Notes under the pieces: generated by a model
The model's input: only the letters and a program-made list of their open reading frames with translations
Told to the model about the DNA's origin: nothing
Database searches by the model: none
Made by a program: the position numbers and the translations under genes
DNA from: Hormiphora californensis
Taxonomy: Eukaryota; Animalia; Ctenophora
NCBI GenBank assembly: GCA_020137815.1
Contig: CM035355.1
Location: 434,001-498,000, forward strand
Direction: 5' to 3'
DNA length: 64,000 nt
Shown: piece by piece, positions 43,901 to 56,582 of the stretch
Numbering within the stretch: the first letter of the stretch is position 1
Layout: the number at the start of each line of letters is the position of its first letter

Positions 43901-45142
43901 ATGCATGGTGCGTCGGTAACGGAGGGGAATGATGGTCTACACAGGAACATAACAGCAGAAGAGGCACAGGACCTTTATACAAAGTATTACCAGTTGGTGT
44001 GCAGTGCCTCCATTGTGATACTCATGCAACTTGGATTCACCTTCCTCGAGGTATATACAGACGGACCCGGGATTTACCGGGATCGGGGGAAGTAAATCAG
44101 AGTTCCGGTAAATTGGGACCCGGTAAATCGGGGTTCGACTATACTAGTTCCAAGGGGATTTACATATAATCATGATGTTCATTTCTTGTTTCAGGTTGGC
44201 TCAGTTCGGGTTCACTTTACCAAGGCGATCCTAATGAAAAACATGATTGATATGCTCATCTCTGGCCTCGCCTACTACGCACTAGGTAATATGTCACCAG
44301 CTATAACTGTTGATAATATGTTTTCAGGCCCTAATTATGTGTAGGTACGTGTCCAAATCATTTCTTTTCTGCAGTTCCACCAAAAACTTATTGCGCAGGT
44401 TTCGGAATTGCGTTTGGTGATGGTTCTGCTATTGGGGGATTTGCAGGTCTCAGTGATTTCTTCCTGGTACGAGAGAACAAGTCGAGACAATATCCCCATT
44501 CCCTTTTTGGGTTGTTTTTTTATTTCCTTAAATTTTTCATGTCGGACCCCAAAAATTTCCGGAACCCCAACCAAAAGTTTTGTTTGGGGTTAATTTTTTG
44601 GAAAATTTTGGGAACTTGCGACCCGGTAAAGGCAAGGGGGAAACGGAAGGAAAAATTGGGTTTTTCCGGGGGTTTACGAAAATATTTACCCCGTAAAAAA
44701 TGGATCTGGCCGGAAAAACCCCCTTCTCTCTTTCCCCCCCCGGGCTTTCCCCCTCTCTCCTCCTTTTGGGGGGGGGGCCCCCCCCCCCCCCTTTCCCACC
44801 CCCAAAAAAAAAACCCCCCCGGGGGGGGGGGGGGGGCCCCCCCCCCCCCCAAAAAAAAAAAAAAAAGGGGGGGGGGGGGGGCCCCCCCCCCCCCCCCAAA
44901 AAAAACCCCCCCGGGGGGGGCCCCCCCCCCGGGGGGGGGGGGCCCCCCCCCCCCCCCCCCCCCCCCCCGGGGGGGGGCCCCCCCCCCGGGGGGGGGCCCC
45001 CCCCCCCCCCCCAAAAACCCCCCCCCCCCCCCCCCCCCCTTTTTTTTCCCCCACCCCCCCCCCCCTTTTCCCCCCTCTTTTTCCCCCCTCTCCCCCCCCC
45101 CCTTCCCCCTTCTCTCCCCTTTTTTTTTCCTTTTCTCTCTCC

Positions 45143-45184
<42 letters not shown>

Positions 45185-48100
45185 ATATTGCTCTCTATCT
45201 TTATGGGAAAATTTTTTCATCGTTATGAATGAGAATCCTAGAGTTAAAGTGAATGGGAAAAAGGGCTTGAGTTTATATTGGGAAATCGAAAATATCCTGT
45301 TAATACCGTGGAGAGGGGTTTAGGCACTCCCCTGTCAATGGTGGAAAAACGCCCAATTACGGGGGTGTTTTATGGGGAGTTAAACGGGCGGAAAGGAAAG
45401 TTTTGGTGGGGGGGGGGCTCATTTTTTACCCCATCGAAGTATAAAATCGAAAAAGTGAGTCACAAGGATTTAGTTGACTGGGTGGAGATGGCAGGTAAGC
45501 TCTTGATTGAGAGGGTGTATCCGGTGATGAAGAGTCAGTATATTGTAGCTAAGAAGTGTAGTGAGGTAGAGAAGAAGTTGGTTGAGCGTCAGGAGGAACT
45601 AATCTCTGCTCAAAGAGCATTGGTCGGAGCCCAGGCGCAGTTAGTGAAGCTGCAGGAGCAACTACTTGAGAAGAGGGAGCAAGTCATCACTGATGTGAAG
45701 ACAACGGCAAAGGAGGAGATGCGAAGCTTCTCTACTGTTCTGAAGAAGGAGTGTGAGACATCTCTCGCCCCTCAACGGATACAGCGGGCTGTAGCTGCAG
45801 CCAGCGAGGACAGATCATGTAACATTGTCATCTACGGACTGACTGACAGTCCTGGAGACAAAGAGGAACTACTACCGGAGTTGTGGACAACGCTGGCAGA
45901 GAAGCCCTTGGTAAAGAGTGCTCAGCGGTTGGGGAGATTCATAGCGGGTCAGAATAGACCCATGAAGATATCCCTGGCAAGCAAGGAGATGCAGTCGTGT
46001 ATTCTTGGTAAGAAGACACGACTTAGAGAGACTGAAGTGTTTTCCCGAGTTTATATCTCTCCCGACCTTACTTCTGAGGAGAGAGCGGCCCGGGCGGTCC
46101 TAGTGAAGAAGTTAAAAGAGGAGAAAGAGCGGAGCCCTGGGAAGTCGTTCAGGATCAAAGGAGGCGAGGTGGTGGAGGTCTCCTCGGGGACACAGTAGTA
46201 CTTACTGTGAGTGCTATTCATTTAAGTTTCTTCTTTTCATTTATTTCATTAAATTGCCTTCTTTGTTTGCTATAGTGTTCCTGTTGTTATCTATTAGACC
46301 AACAGGAACATTCCAACGGGTCCATTACTAAAGTGGATTCCAAGCTACTTCAGCTAAACCTTGTCAAAGGTTCAAAGGTTCTCTCTCTCAGTGTGATAAT
46401 GGGTGTTGTGGATGATGCAGGTGGGATCGCGGTTCACACTTGCGCTGGTCTCACCTCTCTCATCGTGTGCTGGTTCGTTGGACCCCGCCAACACCGACTC
46501 AACAGAAACGGTGTTTTTGTGTAAGTAACGTACCTACAATTTTTATCGAGGTCGCACATGCTTGAACTGGTACTAATGGTACAAAATTTATCACATTTTC
46601 AAACCAATACTTCATGATTGATTCCCCATGCTCTACTTATTGTATTCATCCCCAAAGTAAGAATCTGGAGAAGCAAAACCAAGCGTTTATTGTTTTTGGA
46701 ATGTTTGTCCTTTGGTTTAGCTGGTACTCCTTCAATGCCGGACCTGCCATCTTAAAAGGTTCGTGCCCTCTATTATAGTCACGTGATTTTTACCACGTAA
46801 TCACCTCATCAATGAATGAGATCTGATCAGGATTAAATAGGGATGAAAATTAGAATTAGATATTAGGCTGTCCCAGAAATAATGTCACGTACAAATAATT
46901 CCATGATTTGGAGCTATATGTTTTTCTCCATTTCTAACATCTAATTCCAACCTGCAGCGGGCAGTGAGCCTGGTTTGATAGGAAATATCGCCACCTATAC
47001 TACAGTCTGTGCTGCTTCATCTGGTTTATCTTACCTTCTTGTATCACTGCTTTGGGAGAGGTAACTGTCCTTTTATTTACCGTGTTTCCCAATTGGATTT
47101 CTCCGACCCAATCCTTTTTATGTTTATAGGTCCTCTCACTTTTTTTAGTTTCTTTCATTCCTTATTTTTCTTCCTTATCACTATGCAAGTTGTCCATGCC
47201 CAATATAATCCCTGCTATTATAACCTACCCCCCCCCCTCTAGGAGGACTCCAGAGCCGTGTGATCTGAGTAATGGTATTCTGGCGGGACTGGTCTGCAGT
47301 ACCAGTGGGTGCTCCAGAACTCAACCCTACTTCGGGATGATTGTCGGTTCCGTAGGAGGTGCTCTCATGTTATGGGCATCAAAGGTTGGAAGTAATAGTA
47401 TTGCTATTTTGAAAATAGAAAGAAACATGTCCCGGTACAACCGATAATAAACGCTCTTCAAATGTGCTTACCTTGCTCGAGCACCCCCGCCATAGCTGTA
47501 TGTGTGACACCAATGTAACCACGAACTTGTTTCCCAGCTTGTGAAACAAACTGAAGATAGACGAGGTTCGTAGATGCAATCACACCGTCACCTGGTTGGG
47601 TGGACGTGGATGTGCAACTCTCGCCCCTTTCTTTACGATACAATTACGGATATGTATAATGAAATGTCATTGAGAGATCTTGTTTCATCGTTTATTGTAC
47701 AAGGAGCCTCGTTTATACTTATATTTGCACTCCTTTCACACTCATCTAGACCATCTTCACGACAATTTTGTGAATATGGCATCATCCCCACTATATATTC
47801 AACGAATCTCTCTTCAGGATAAAACTGGAAAGATCTTCAAGTGGAATAATTGCGGGAGCATTATATTGTTTTAGGAAAAACGTTGCCCAAGAACAATTAT
47901 GCATGTCATGGCTATATTCATGTACTGCACTGCAGAGGATGGCCGACAGTTCATGTGCAGTGTAAAAAGTGCTATGAATAAAATCCCCTATCCTTAAAAT
48001 TGAGGGAATTGAGGGGCCATTATTGAGAAGATAGTAGAAATTTGTAATGGAAAACGAAGATACAGTAAGACGACGTGCAACCGTGGCCAATCAGTACGCT

Positions 48101-50993
48101 AGTACGTGCTGACGCATGAACTTTTTGTCGCGCGTTATGCAACGTGTGTGTCTCATTACTGTATTTCGCGATACCGTATTTTGACTGCAAGCAGCACTGT
48201 AACGCGCTGCAAAAAGTTCATGTGTCAGCACGTACTAGCGTACTGATTGGCCACCCCGGTTTGCTTTTTATGTTCTTGTTTCCATTACCGTTTTCCCACT
48301 ACAAGCGACCGTATTTAAAATAGGGATGAAAATTAGAATTAGATATTAGGCTGTCCCAGAAATAATGTCACGTACAAATAATTCCATAATTTGGAGCTAT
48401 ATGTTTTTCTCCATTTCTAACATCTAATTCCAACCTGCAGCGGGCAGTGAGCCTGGTTTGATAGGAAATATCGCCACCTATACTACAGTCTGTGCTGCCT
48501 CATCTGGTCTATCTTACCTTCTTGTATCACTGCTTTGGGAGAGGTAACTGTAACTGTTTATTTACCGTGTTTCCCACTTGAATTTCTCCCACCCAATCTT
48601 TTTTATATTCTGTATGGCGGCGCCACACCCCATTTGATTGACAGATTTGGGTTCTCTCACTATTTTTAGTTTTTTTCATTCCTTATGCAATATAATCCCT
48701 GCTATAACCTACCCCCCCCCCCCCCCCTCTAGGAGGACTCCAGAGCCGTGTGATCTGAGTAATGGTATACTGGCAGGCCTGGTCTGCAGTACCAGTGGGT
48801 GCTCCAGAACTCAACCATACTTCGGGATGATTGTCGGTTCCGTAGGAGGTGCTCTAATGTTATGGGCATCAAAGGTTGGAAGTAATAGTATTACTACAGT
48901 CGGACCCCGATTTAGTGGCCCCCGATTTAGTGGCACCCCGATTTAGTGGCAGGATTTTTTTCCCCCAAAATTTTTTTGAATTTTTTAGTGAAATTTTTTT
49001 GAAAATTTTTCAAAAGAATACCAGCCACGTCCGAATCGTGTTTCGAATCAGTGAATCTTATCGCATGTCCTGCTGCTAATTAGACGGTTCGGAACGAACT
49101 GATACGTGATCCTCATGGGGCCATTGAATCATAAGTTCACCAAGCGTCAAAATTTCGATTCGATGGGGATCACGTTTCGATTCGTTACGAACCGTCTAAT
49201 TAGCAGCAGGACATGCGATAAGATGCACCGATTCGAAACACGATTCGGACATGGCTGGTATACCTTTAAAAAATATAAAACTTTTTTTTGCAAAATTTTA
49301 CAGTACGATTGTCAATGCTTTGATCGGTGCTCCCCATAAATTTTGAGAGAAAAAGTTATTTTGAAATTTTGATACTTCCTCACCCGCTTAGGGTGCCCCG
49401 ATTCGGCATGGTATCACGTATCGGTTCGTTTCGAACCCGCTAATTAGGCAGGACATCCAGGAAGCTGCACCGATTCGAAACACAAATCGGACGGGCTGGT
49501 ATAACTTAGAAAATTTTCACAAATTTTTTGAAAATTTATTTTATAGTTTTCTATTTCTAATCAGAAATGATCATGTCATCAATACATGAATATTGCATAT
49601 AACAGTTAGAGGTGTCTATAGTCTTAGTATAGCATTTTGGGCATAAAATAGGTTTTTATGGGCCAAATATGGCTCACCCCGATTTAGTGGCACCCCGATT
49701 TAGTGGCAGGATTTTGTTCCCCCGAGGATGCCACTAAATCGGGGTCCGACTGTATTTTGAAAAAGAAAGAAACATGTCCGGGTACAACCGATAATAAACG
49801 CTCTTCAAATGTGCTTGCCCTGCTCGACCACCCCCGCCCCTAGCTTGTATTCGTGCACCATGGTAACCACGAATTGTTCCCCAGCTGTTACACAAACTGA
49901 AGATAGACGATGTTGTAGATGCAATACCCGTTCATCTGGTTTGTGGGACGTGGAGTGCACTCTCTGCCCCTTTCTTTCTCGATACAATACGGTATTTATC
50001 ATAACTACGTATTGAAGGAGATCTTGTTTTCCTTCGTTTATTGTACCATGCATTTTTATCTTTCTTTGCACTTCCTTTTCACATTCTCTCGCCCATCTTC
50101 ACGTAAATTTTTCATGAATATGCATCATCCTATCTCTTATATATATTCTAAAGATCTCTCTTTCAGGGATAAAAATGGACAGCTTGTATCATGTGGAATA
50201 TTGACGGTGAGCAGTATATTAGTTTTTAGGAAAAACGTTGCCCAGCACAATGCATGTCATGGCTATATTCATGTACTGTCACTGTCAGAGGATTGGCCCG
50301 ACAGTCATGAAGCAATGGTATACCACGTTCACTAAAAGTGTTATCTGAAATTAAAATCCCCCTTATTCCTTAAAATTTGAGGGGGCCATTTTATTTTGAG
50401 ATAGTTAAAGATCAGACTATACTTCTTGTTAATATTGATAACATTTCATTTTATCACAGGGGTGTGATCAGGGTGGGATGCAACTTCTCAGTAACATGGT
50501 AGTGATAATCCTGACCTATATCTATATCACTGCCATCATGGTTCCTGTATGCTTTGGCCTTCGTCATTTTCAGGTAATAAATGATGTTAATTTTAGTTAT
50601 TCTTAGGTCTCAGTTAACATTTTCTACTCTACTCTACTCTTTCCCAAACTGGGGGAAAACAGTCGTGCCTGAACCTCAGGTTCAGGCCACGGCTATTTTC
50701 AACTGAGACCTGACTACCTGTGATCTCAGGTCTCAGTAGAAAATAGCCGTTCACTGGAGTCTGGACCTGAGGTTCAGGCACGACTGTTAACATCCCACAC
50801 TTCACAGATATTGCGGGTGGACGTCGAGGCCGAGAAGAAAGGGGTCGACCTTGTCGAGTTCCAAGGGCCTGCATACAGCAACAAACACAACGCTAGTAGG
50901 AGAGTCAAGACAAAACATGTGGTAGCTCACAAAATGTCAGCTTCCGAGAGAACCAAGTCCGAGGAAGTTATTTTAAATGATTTGAATTGCTAA
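43901..50993 (+). CDS. amt: Ammonium transporter (Amt/Mep family); middle exons missing in a low-quality gap, later exons duplicated
   Basis: Exons 43901-44050 (LMQLGFTFLE), 44195-44285 (VGSVR...ILMKNMID), 44399-44466 (GFGIAFG), gap, 46392-46520 (DDAGGIAVH...GPR), 46658-46758 (LWFSWYSFNAG), 46958-47060 or 48441-48543, 47243-47384 or 48733-48874 (NGILAGLV), 49885-49991 (IDDVVDAIPVHL), 50167-50206, 50460-50573, 50808-50993 (LRVDVEAEKKGVD...AY). Confidence 0.9.
44058..44141. mobile_element. Short degenerate member of the TA-flanked CAGTCG MITE family
   Basis: TACAGACGGACCCGGGATTTACCGGG ... CCCGGTAAATCGGGGTTCGACTATA. Confidence 0.65.
45278..46198 (+). CDS. LINE ORF1p-like protein (coiled coil + RRM-like + CTD), intronic, no ORF2 downstream; true start uncertain
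   Basis: Heptad region, then NIVIYGL, RLGRF...RPMKISL, RVYISPDLTSEERAARAVLVKKLKE, FRIKGGEV: the pattern of non-LTR ORF1 RRM/CTD domains. First ~55 codons are in low-quality sequence. Confidence 0.75.
   Translation: MGNRKYPVNTVERGLGTPLSMVEKRPITGVFYGELNGRKGKFWWGGGSFFTPSKYKIEKVSHKDLVDWVEMAGKLLIERVYPVMKSQYIVAKKCSEVEKKLVERQEELISAQRALVGAQAQLVKLQEQLLEKREQVITDVKTTAKEEMRSFSTVLKKECETSLAPQRIQRAVAAASEDRSCNIVIYGLTDSPGDKEELLPELWTTLAEKPLVKSAQRLGRFIAGQNRPMKISLASKEMQSCILGKKTRLRETEVFSRVYISPDLTSEERAARAVLVKKLKEEKERSPGKSFRIKGGEVVEVSSGTQ
48044..48288. mobile_element. Palindromic MITE at the junction of the two Amt copies
   Basis: GTGGCCAATCAGTACGCTAGTACGTGCTGAC...GTCAGCACGTACTAGCGTACTGATTGGCCAC. Confidence 0.75.
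48897..49752. mobile_element. 856-bp Tc1/mariner-pogo-type MITE, with its empty site visible in the duplicate copy
   Basis: TA|CAGTCGGACCCCGATTTAGTGGC...GCCACTAAATCGGGGTCCGACTG|TA; the other copy near 47405 reads ...GTATTGCTATTTTGAAAA with a single TA. Confidence 0.95.
50658..50788. mobile_element. Palindromic MITE in last Amt intron
   Basis: AACAGTCGTGCCTGAACCTCAGGT / ACCTGAGGTTCAGGCACGACTGTT plus inner inverted arms. Confidence 0.8.
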
Positions 50994-51707
50994 GAACAAT
51001 TATAGCATCTTAGATATTCTCTCTCTCTTAGATATTCTCAATCTCATTCACTGGGACTGAAGTTGATTGTGTCGATAGTGAAATATTTGTTTCTTGTTTC
51101 TGACTAGAATTAGTGTTTGAGCTGGGTGTCGCGTTTTTTTTGAAACTTCAAGTGTAAGTGGAAACTGGAAGTTATGCGTGTTGTCTGTTTATTATTTTGG
51201 CTTATCGGTATCCACCAGTGTTTGAAGTACACATGAGACAGTGAAGAATGGGGCCCAACAAGCACTGCGGCTTGTCAATTGTCATAGAGTTGGTATTTAT
51301 GAAATGAACTGACGGTGTGAGCCACACAAGGTGATTCTGCACCAGGAATTGGTTACGAAGTCACCCTTATTATTGCATAATAATAGCGCAGAGGGGGAAT
51401 TTCATTACCAAGCACCAGGAGGAGTTTATAAGTGAGATTCGCAGAGACAGAAAATCTGAGAGAGGGAGAGCCAGAGAGTGACATTGAGAGAAAAACAAAA
51501 TTACTTGTTGATTTGTTGAAATTATTGTCAGTCACAATGTGACAATGTGTGAAACTTCTTTATATTCGATTTCTACTAATTCTTTTCCGTTATCGGCCCA
51601 CCTAAAAAACCTGTGTTTTAACCTTTGTCACCTAGTAGTATAGGGTCAGCACACACCTACGCCAAAATCAAAATTAAAATTTTGATTTTTGAGCCAGACA
51701 CACCAAA

Positions 51708-51959
51708 GCTGTCAAAATTCTCTTTCCCCCATTCTCACACTGTGAGTCACAGTTTGGTGACATTGACTCCTAGTGCGTGCGAGATCGAGCTCAATCTTGG
51801 TCGTGCACGGTGTCTATGTCACCAAAGTCACAGTAACAATCTCGCGCACCATTTTGACGGTCGCGTTGGATGACAAAATGATTTTGACATCCAACGCGAC
51901 CGTCAAAATCGCGCACGAGATTGTTACTGTGAGAATGGAGGAGAGAGAATTTTGACAGC
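51708..51959. mobile_element. Palindromic MITE interrupted by a nested 72-bp Mutator-like element (51754-51825)
   Basis: Outer GCTGTCAAAATTCTCT/AGAGAATTTTGACAGC; inner TTGGTGACAT...ATGTCACCAA with 9-bp TSD AGTCACAGT (51745-51753, 51826-51834). Confidence 0.85.
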
Positions 51960-52925
51960 GCTGTCAGGCCAATGCTCTGACAGGTCTGCCGGCTCTCACA
52001 GTGCACCGGCCCTTCGGCTATAATGATCCCGATCTGATCGCACTGTCAGACAGCCTTGTTCCACTTCCTTCAACTTCGAATTGAACTTGCCATTACCATT
52101 GACTAGAAAAAACACAGATCTTGAATAGATTAAGAATTAATAGGTGTTACACATTCACCGGGATGTAGATTCTGGAAAAATAACAATAGAAACTGCAAAC
52201 ATCATAACACGACTCTGTCCTGTACAGCGGCGCCATACCCCAATTTGATTCTCGTCAGTGCGCTGAGATGGGGTCGGCGACGCCAGACAGACTCTGTCTG
52301 GGGACGCCAACCCGATCTGAGAATCAAAACAGGGCCTGGCGCTGGCAGACAGACACGACTGCACTGTATCTATTCTAAGGTAAAGGATGATCAAAAATCT
52401 AAAAAGTAAGTAACAGATATCTGTACCGATAAATAAGTTATTTATATGTTGAAAATATTCACCCGGAGTTTCTAAATCAGTTTCTGGTAACAATAGTGCA
52501 AATAAATGAACATATATGATACATAACGATCTATAACAAAGGAGCTGCTAGGGGTAAAAAGGGTGGACAAGTCTTTGAAGTAACTAATAACTTAGTAAGT
52601 TAGTAAGTTACTAACTTACAAGTTACTAACTTACAAGATCAGTATAGACCTATCATCGCATCCTGACTTGACTTGTTGAGTAAGGGGGAAGGGTGTTCCC
52701 CTTGCTACACTGCCTATATTTCCAATTCTGCGAGGAACAGTGCAGTATATCAAGTGCCGACAACTGCGGTCTCTCATTCCATAAAATGGGAATCTAATAT
52801 ACCGTCGTTATAATGATATTTACAATGCTGAGACTTTTCAAAATGTTAATGTCTCTCTCACTACACACTATACATATCTCTCCTTCATTTTTCTACTAAA
52901 ACGTTATAAGACAAAACAGCAGTCT

Positions 52926-54244
52926 TTACATAATTGAACAGGCTTTTAATCGCCGTGAGAACTTCTTCTTTTTTGTTCGTTTCTTGTTTTCAGTAGCACT
53001 TGCTTGTTGAGAGATCTGGGTGATTGGGGCTGGCGATATTCTTTTTCTCTGAGCTGAAAGGGAAGAGTGAAGTGAGGAGACATTGCAGTACTAAAAAAAT
53101 ATAGTACACTACATGTAGTTACAAATTACAATGCTGGTTGTAACAATTAGGCCCCCATTATAGACCCTGGACAATAGACATGAAGTGGAACAATGTTGCC
53201 ACCCTGCTTCACTGTATAACAACAAGAACAATGTACCCGGGGGGGGGGGGGGGATGTACCTTTGTGGAGTGCTATTCTGTATGTTCCAGTTATGGCATTC
53301 CTTGGGCCGTTCCTGGATGCCCGCTCTATAACTTGAGTGTAGAGATCATCTGGAACACCTAATAAAGATTGGTAAAACAAGATTAGTTAACTGGCTGGAT
53401 GGTTGGATAAAATTAGTTTGGATGGGGATCAAAAACCCACCTAAATCTTGCAAAGTTTTCTGTGCCTCTTGGTCATCCTGTTCTGTTTCAGGGCAGGCAG
53501 CAGAGTTGGGCTGTAAAGAGGAGAGGGGCAGGGACACTGGGAATGTACATCCTATCAACCAAGGGTGTTCCTTTATAACCTCCAAAGGTAACCTCTTCTC
53601 TGGATCCTCTGTAGGTGAAAAAAAGAAATTTAAAACAAAGTGATGTGTGTCAGGTGTGCGTTGGGTTTAGTAAACAAAATCGGTTCAGTGGATCTTGGCA
53701 CGAATTTAAAAAGTCTCCCAGATGAAAAAGAATTGAAGTACATACAACAGTATATAGAATATAGATCTACTTTCTCCCTACCTATGAGTATGGCACGTAT
53801 CAAGGTAGCAGCCTCCTCACTGACATATGCCGGAATTAGATAGGTCCCATCCAGTATACACTTCTTTAGTTTAGAGACGTTCTCAGCGCGAAATGGCATC
53901 CCCCCAGTTAGCATAAAATACAGGAGAATACCTGCAGATAAAAATGGGTTACAGGCCAGAGGAGGGGGGGGGGGGTTCCGGGGTATAAAAACTAGTGGAG
54001 GATTTTGCAATGGTTTGTAAGACTTACCTAGCGCCCAAATATCAACATACGTCCCCAGATAACCAATTTTGTGATCGTCTTTGAACAACTCAGGTGCTGC
54101 ATAGGGAGGTGAACCACAGAAGGTATCCAGAGCCTCTCCTTTCGTCTTTATACTGAATCCGAAATCGCCCAGCTTGGCATTTCCAGTCCCCGAGAAGAAT
54201 ATGTTTTCTGCCTTTATGTCACGGTGGCAAATGTTCCGAGAATG
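52926..54244 (-). CDS. NIM1K: NIM1-like Ser/Thr kinase (AMPK-related), 3' five exons; N-lobe exons not recoverable
   Basis: Exons 54028-54244 (HRDIKAENIFF...DFGFS...LDTFCGSPPYAAPELFKDD...VDIWALG), 53782-53931 (LLYFMLTGGMPFRAENVSKLKKCILDGTY), 53441-53608, 53260-53358 (RNAITGTYRI), 52926-53053 ending in basic stretch plus CaaX CSIM*. Confidence 0.9.
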
Positions 54245-54957
54245 CTGTGAGAGAATCACGTGTTAGAGAGAAGGGGAGAGAGAGAGGGGGGAGGGGGCAA
54301 GCTGTGTGATGGAGCTACGGTCGAGGGTGGGAACGAGATTGAGAAAAAGCTTGAGGGAGAGTGGGAAGGAGAGTAGCAGCTGTGAGAGAGACAGGCATGT
54401 TACACAGTAATATAACATGACACTCTGACACATATTAATTAATTAATTACTAGCATCCTGCCACCACTGCAGACAGCCAGGCAAGAGAGCATGCCATAAT
54501 CCCACCAGAGAATCAAGTCATCCCAACTGTGCGCGCGGTGAGGATTAGAAATATGCTCCTGCGCGTTACATCAATACACCACACTGAGTCTTATCCAGCC
54601 TTCAGATGAGAGTGCGGCAGAGATCATTGAAGGAGTGGATTCTTCAGTATGATTGACTGTCGAGTAGGTCGCCTCATCAGAGAGTGCATGCGATATAAGC
54701 AGAAGTGGGAGCATGAAACGTTGCAGTGTTTTACAGAAAAACAACTGAGTAGAAAGAAAGCAAGATAAGAAGAAGAAAAGATAAAGAGGATCATGAATGC
54801 AGGTCGAATTATTCGTTCATTTTTCTCTACTACTCATTTAGCTTGGTCTTTGCTCTTTTGACTTTTCTTTTGAATTCTCCACAAATTGCTCTAACTAACA
54901 TTTAATATAAAGAATGCCGAAAAAGCTATGACGGAGATAAAGAGAGAGATAGGGAGA

Positions 54958-55019
<62 letters not shown>

Positions 55020-55258
55020 TAGAGAGGGAGAGAGATTTGAAGAATGTTGGGACAGAAAATAAACTCAAGAGCCAAAAATTCTCTCCCAGGAAATATCATG
55101 ATTTACAATTAGTTTTCTTCCGGCAAAATTAGTTGTTTTTGCCGGAATAAAATCAAAAGAAAAAGATGGAGAAAGTGTGTGGCCGGTAGTTACCCTGAAA
55201 AATAACTATAGAGCCATCCGAGGTCATAATTTTGTGATTTCATAATTTTCGAATGAAG

Positions 55259-55373
<115 letters not shown>

Positions 55374-55779
55374 ACGGGGAGAAGAAAGGAGACAAAGAAC
55401 TGGCAAGACCTATTATAGATTTAAGATTAAATCTTAATCGATCAAGATTTTTACCTATCTCATTCCTTTTCAAGATCGCTTCTTCTCACCCCAAATTCCG
55501 CAAACTATCTCTACCGAATTTTTGACGAGATAGTCCGTGAATTTTGAAAGATGCAATGTACAGCTATAGATGGATTTTATTTTCTAATATTACTGTTCAA
55601 ATCGAACCCAGTTGGAGACTCTACCGAAACAAAGACCCCCCCCATCATTATCTAATCTTTGACCTAAACGTCCCCTGTATAACGTAGTTTCCCCATCCGA
55701 TTATTGACACCCCAACCCTTCAAATTAAAACCTTTTTAGCATTGTTACATCGAGAATGGTAATTTTTTGTGTGCATCCT

Positions 55780-56281
55780 TTGCCCCCGGGGGAAAAAAAA
55801 ATTTGAAAAAAAATTTTTTTAAAAAAAATTTTAAAAAAATTTAAATTTTTTTGGGGTTTTTTTTTTTTTGGGCGGGGGGGGGGGGGGGAAAAAAAAAAAA
55901 AAAAAATTAAGGGGGGGGGGGTTTTTTTTAAAAAAAAAGGGGGGAGGGGAAGAGGGGAGAAAAGAAAGAGGGAAAAAAAAAAGGAAAAAAAGGGGGCGGG
56001 GGGGGGGGGGAAAAAAGGGGGGGGGGGGGGGGGGGGGGGGGAAAGGAAAAGGAGAGAAAAAAAAGGGGGGGAATAGAAGGGAAAACCCTTAAAAAAAAAT
56101 TTGGGTTTTGGGGGTTTTTTTTCCTTTTAAAAAAATTTCCAAAATTTTTTTCCCCCCCCTTTTTAATTTTTTTTCCCCTTTTTTTCCCCCCTTTTTCCCC
56201 CTTTTTTAAATTTTTTCCCCCCCCCAACTTTTTTTTAAAAAAAAATTTTTTTTCCCAAAAAAAAAAAAAAAGGTTTTTTTT

Positions 56282-56313
<32 letters not shown>

Positions 56314-56541
56314 ACCCCCCCCAAAAAAAAAAAAATTTTTTTTTCCCAAAAAAAACCCCCCCTTTCCCCCCTTTTTTTTTTCCCCCCCTTTTTTTAAACC
56401 CTTAAAATTTTCCCCAAAATTTTTTTTTAAAAATTTGGGAAAACGGGGGGTTTTTTTTTTTTTAAAAAGAAAATTTTTTTTTCCCCTTTTTTTTTGGGGG
56501 GGAAAAAGGGGGGAAAAAAAAAAAAAAAGGGGAAGAAAGGG

Positions 56542-56582
<41 letters not shown>

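Larger units (their letters stand above)
46834..50410 (+). repeat. Tandem duplication of a ~1.2-kb, 4-exon Amt segment (46834-48040 and 48317-50410)
   Basis: Colinear exons and introns; second copy is lengthened by a MITE. Confidence 0.9.

Noticed and set aside
44490-45450. Pro/Gly-rich ORFs (formin/extensin-like)
   Set aside because: Homopolymer-inflated low-quality sequence where Amt exons should be; same for ORFs in 18990-19730, 55780-57350 and 60600-64000.
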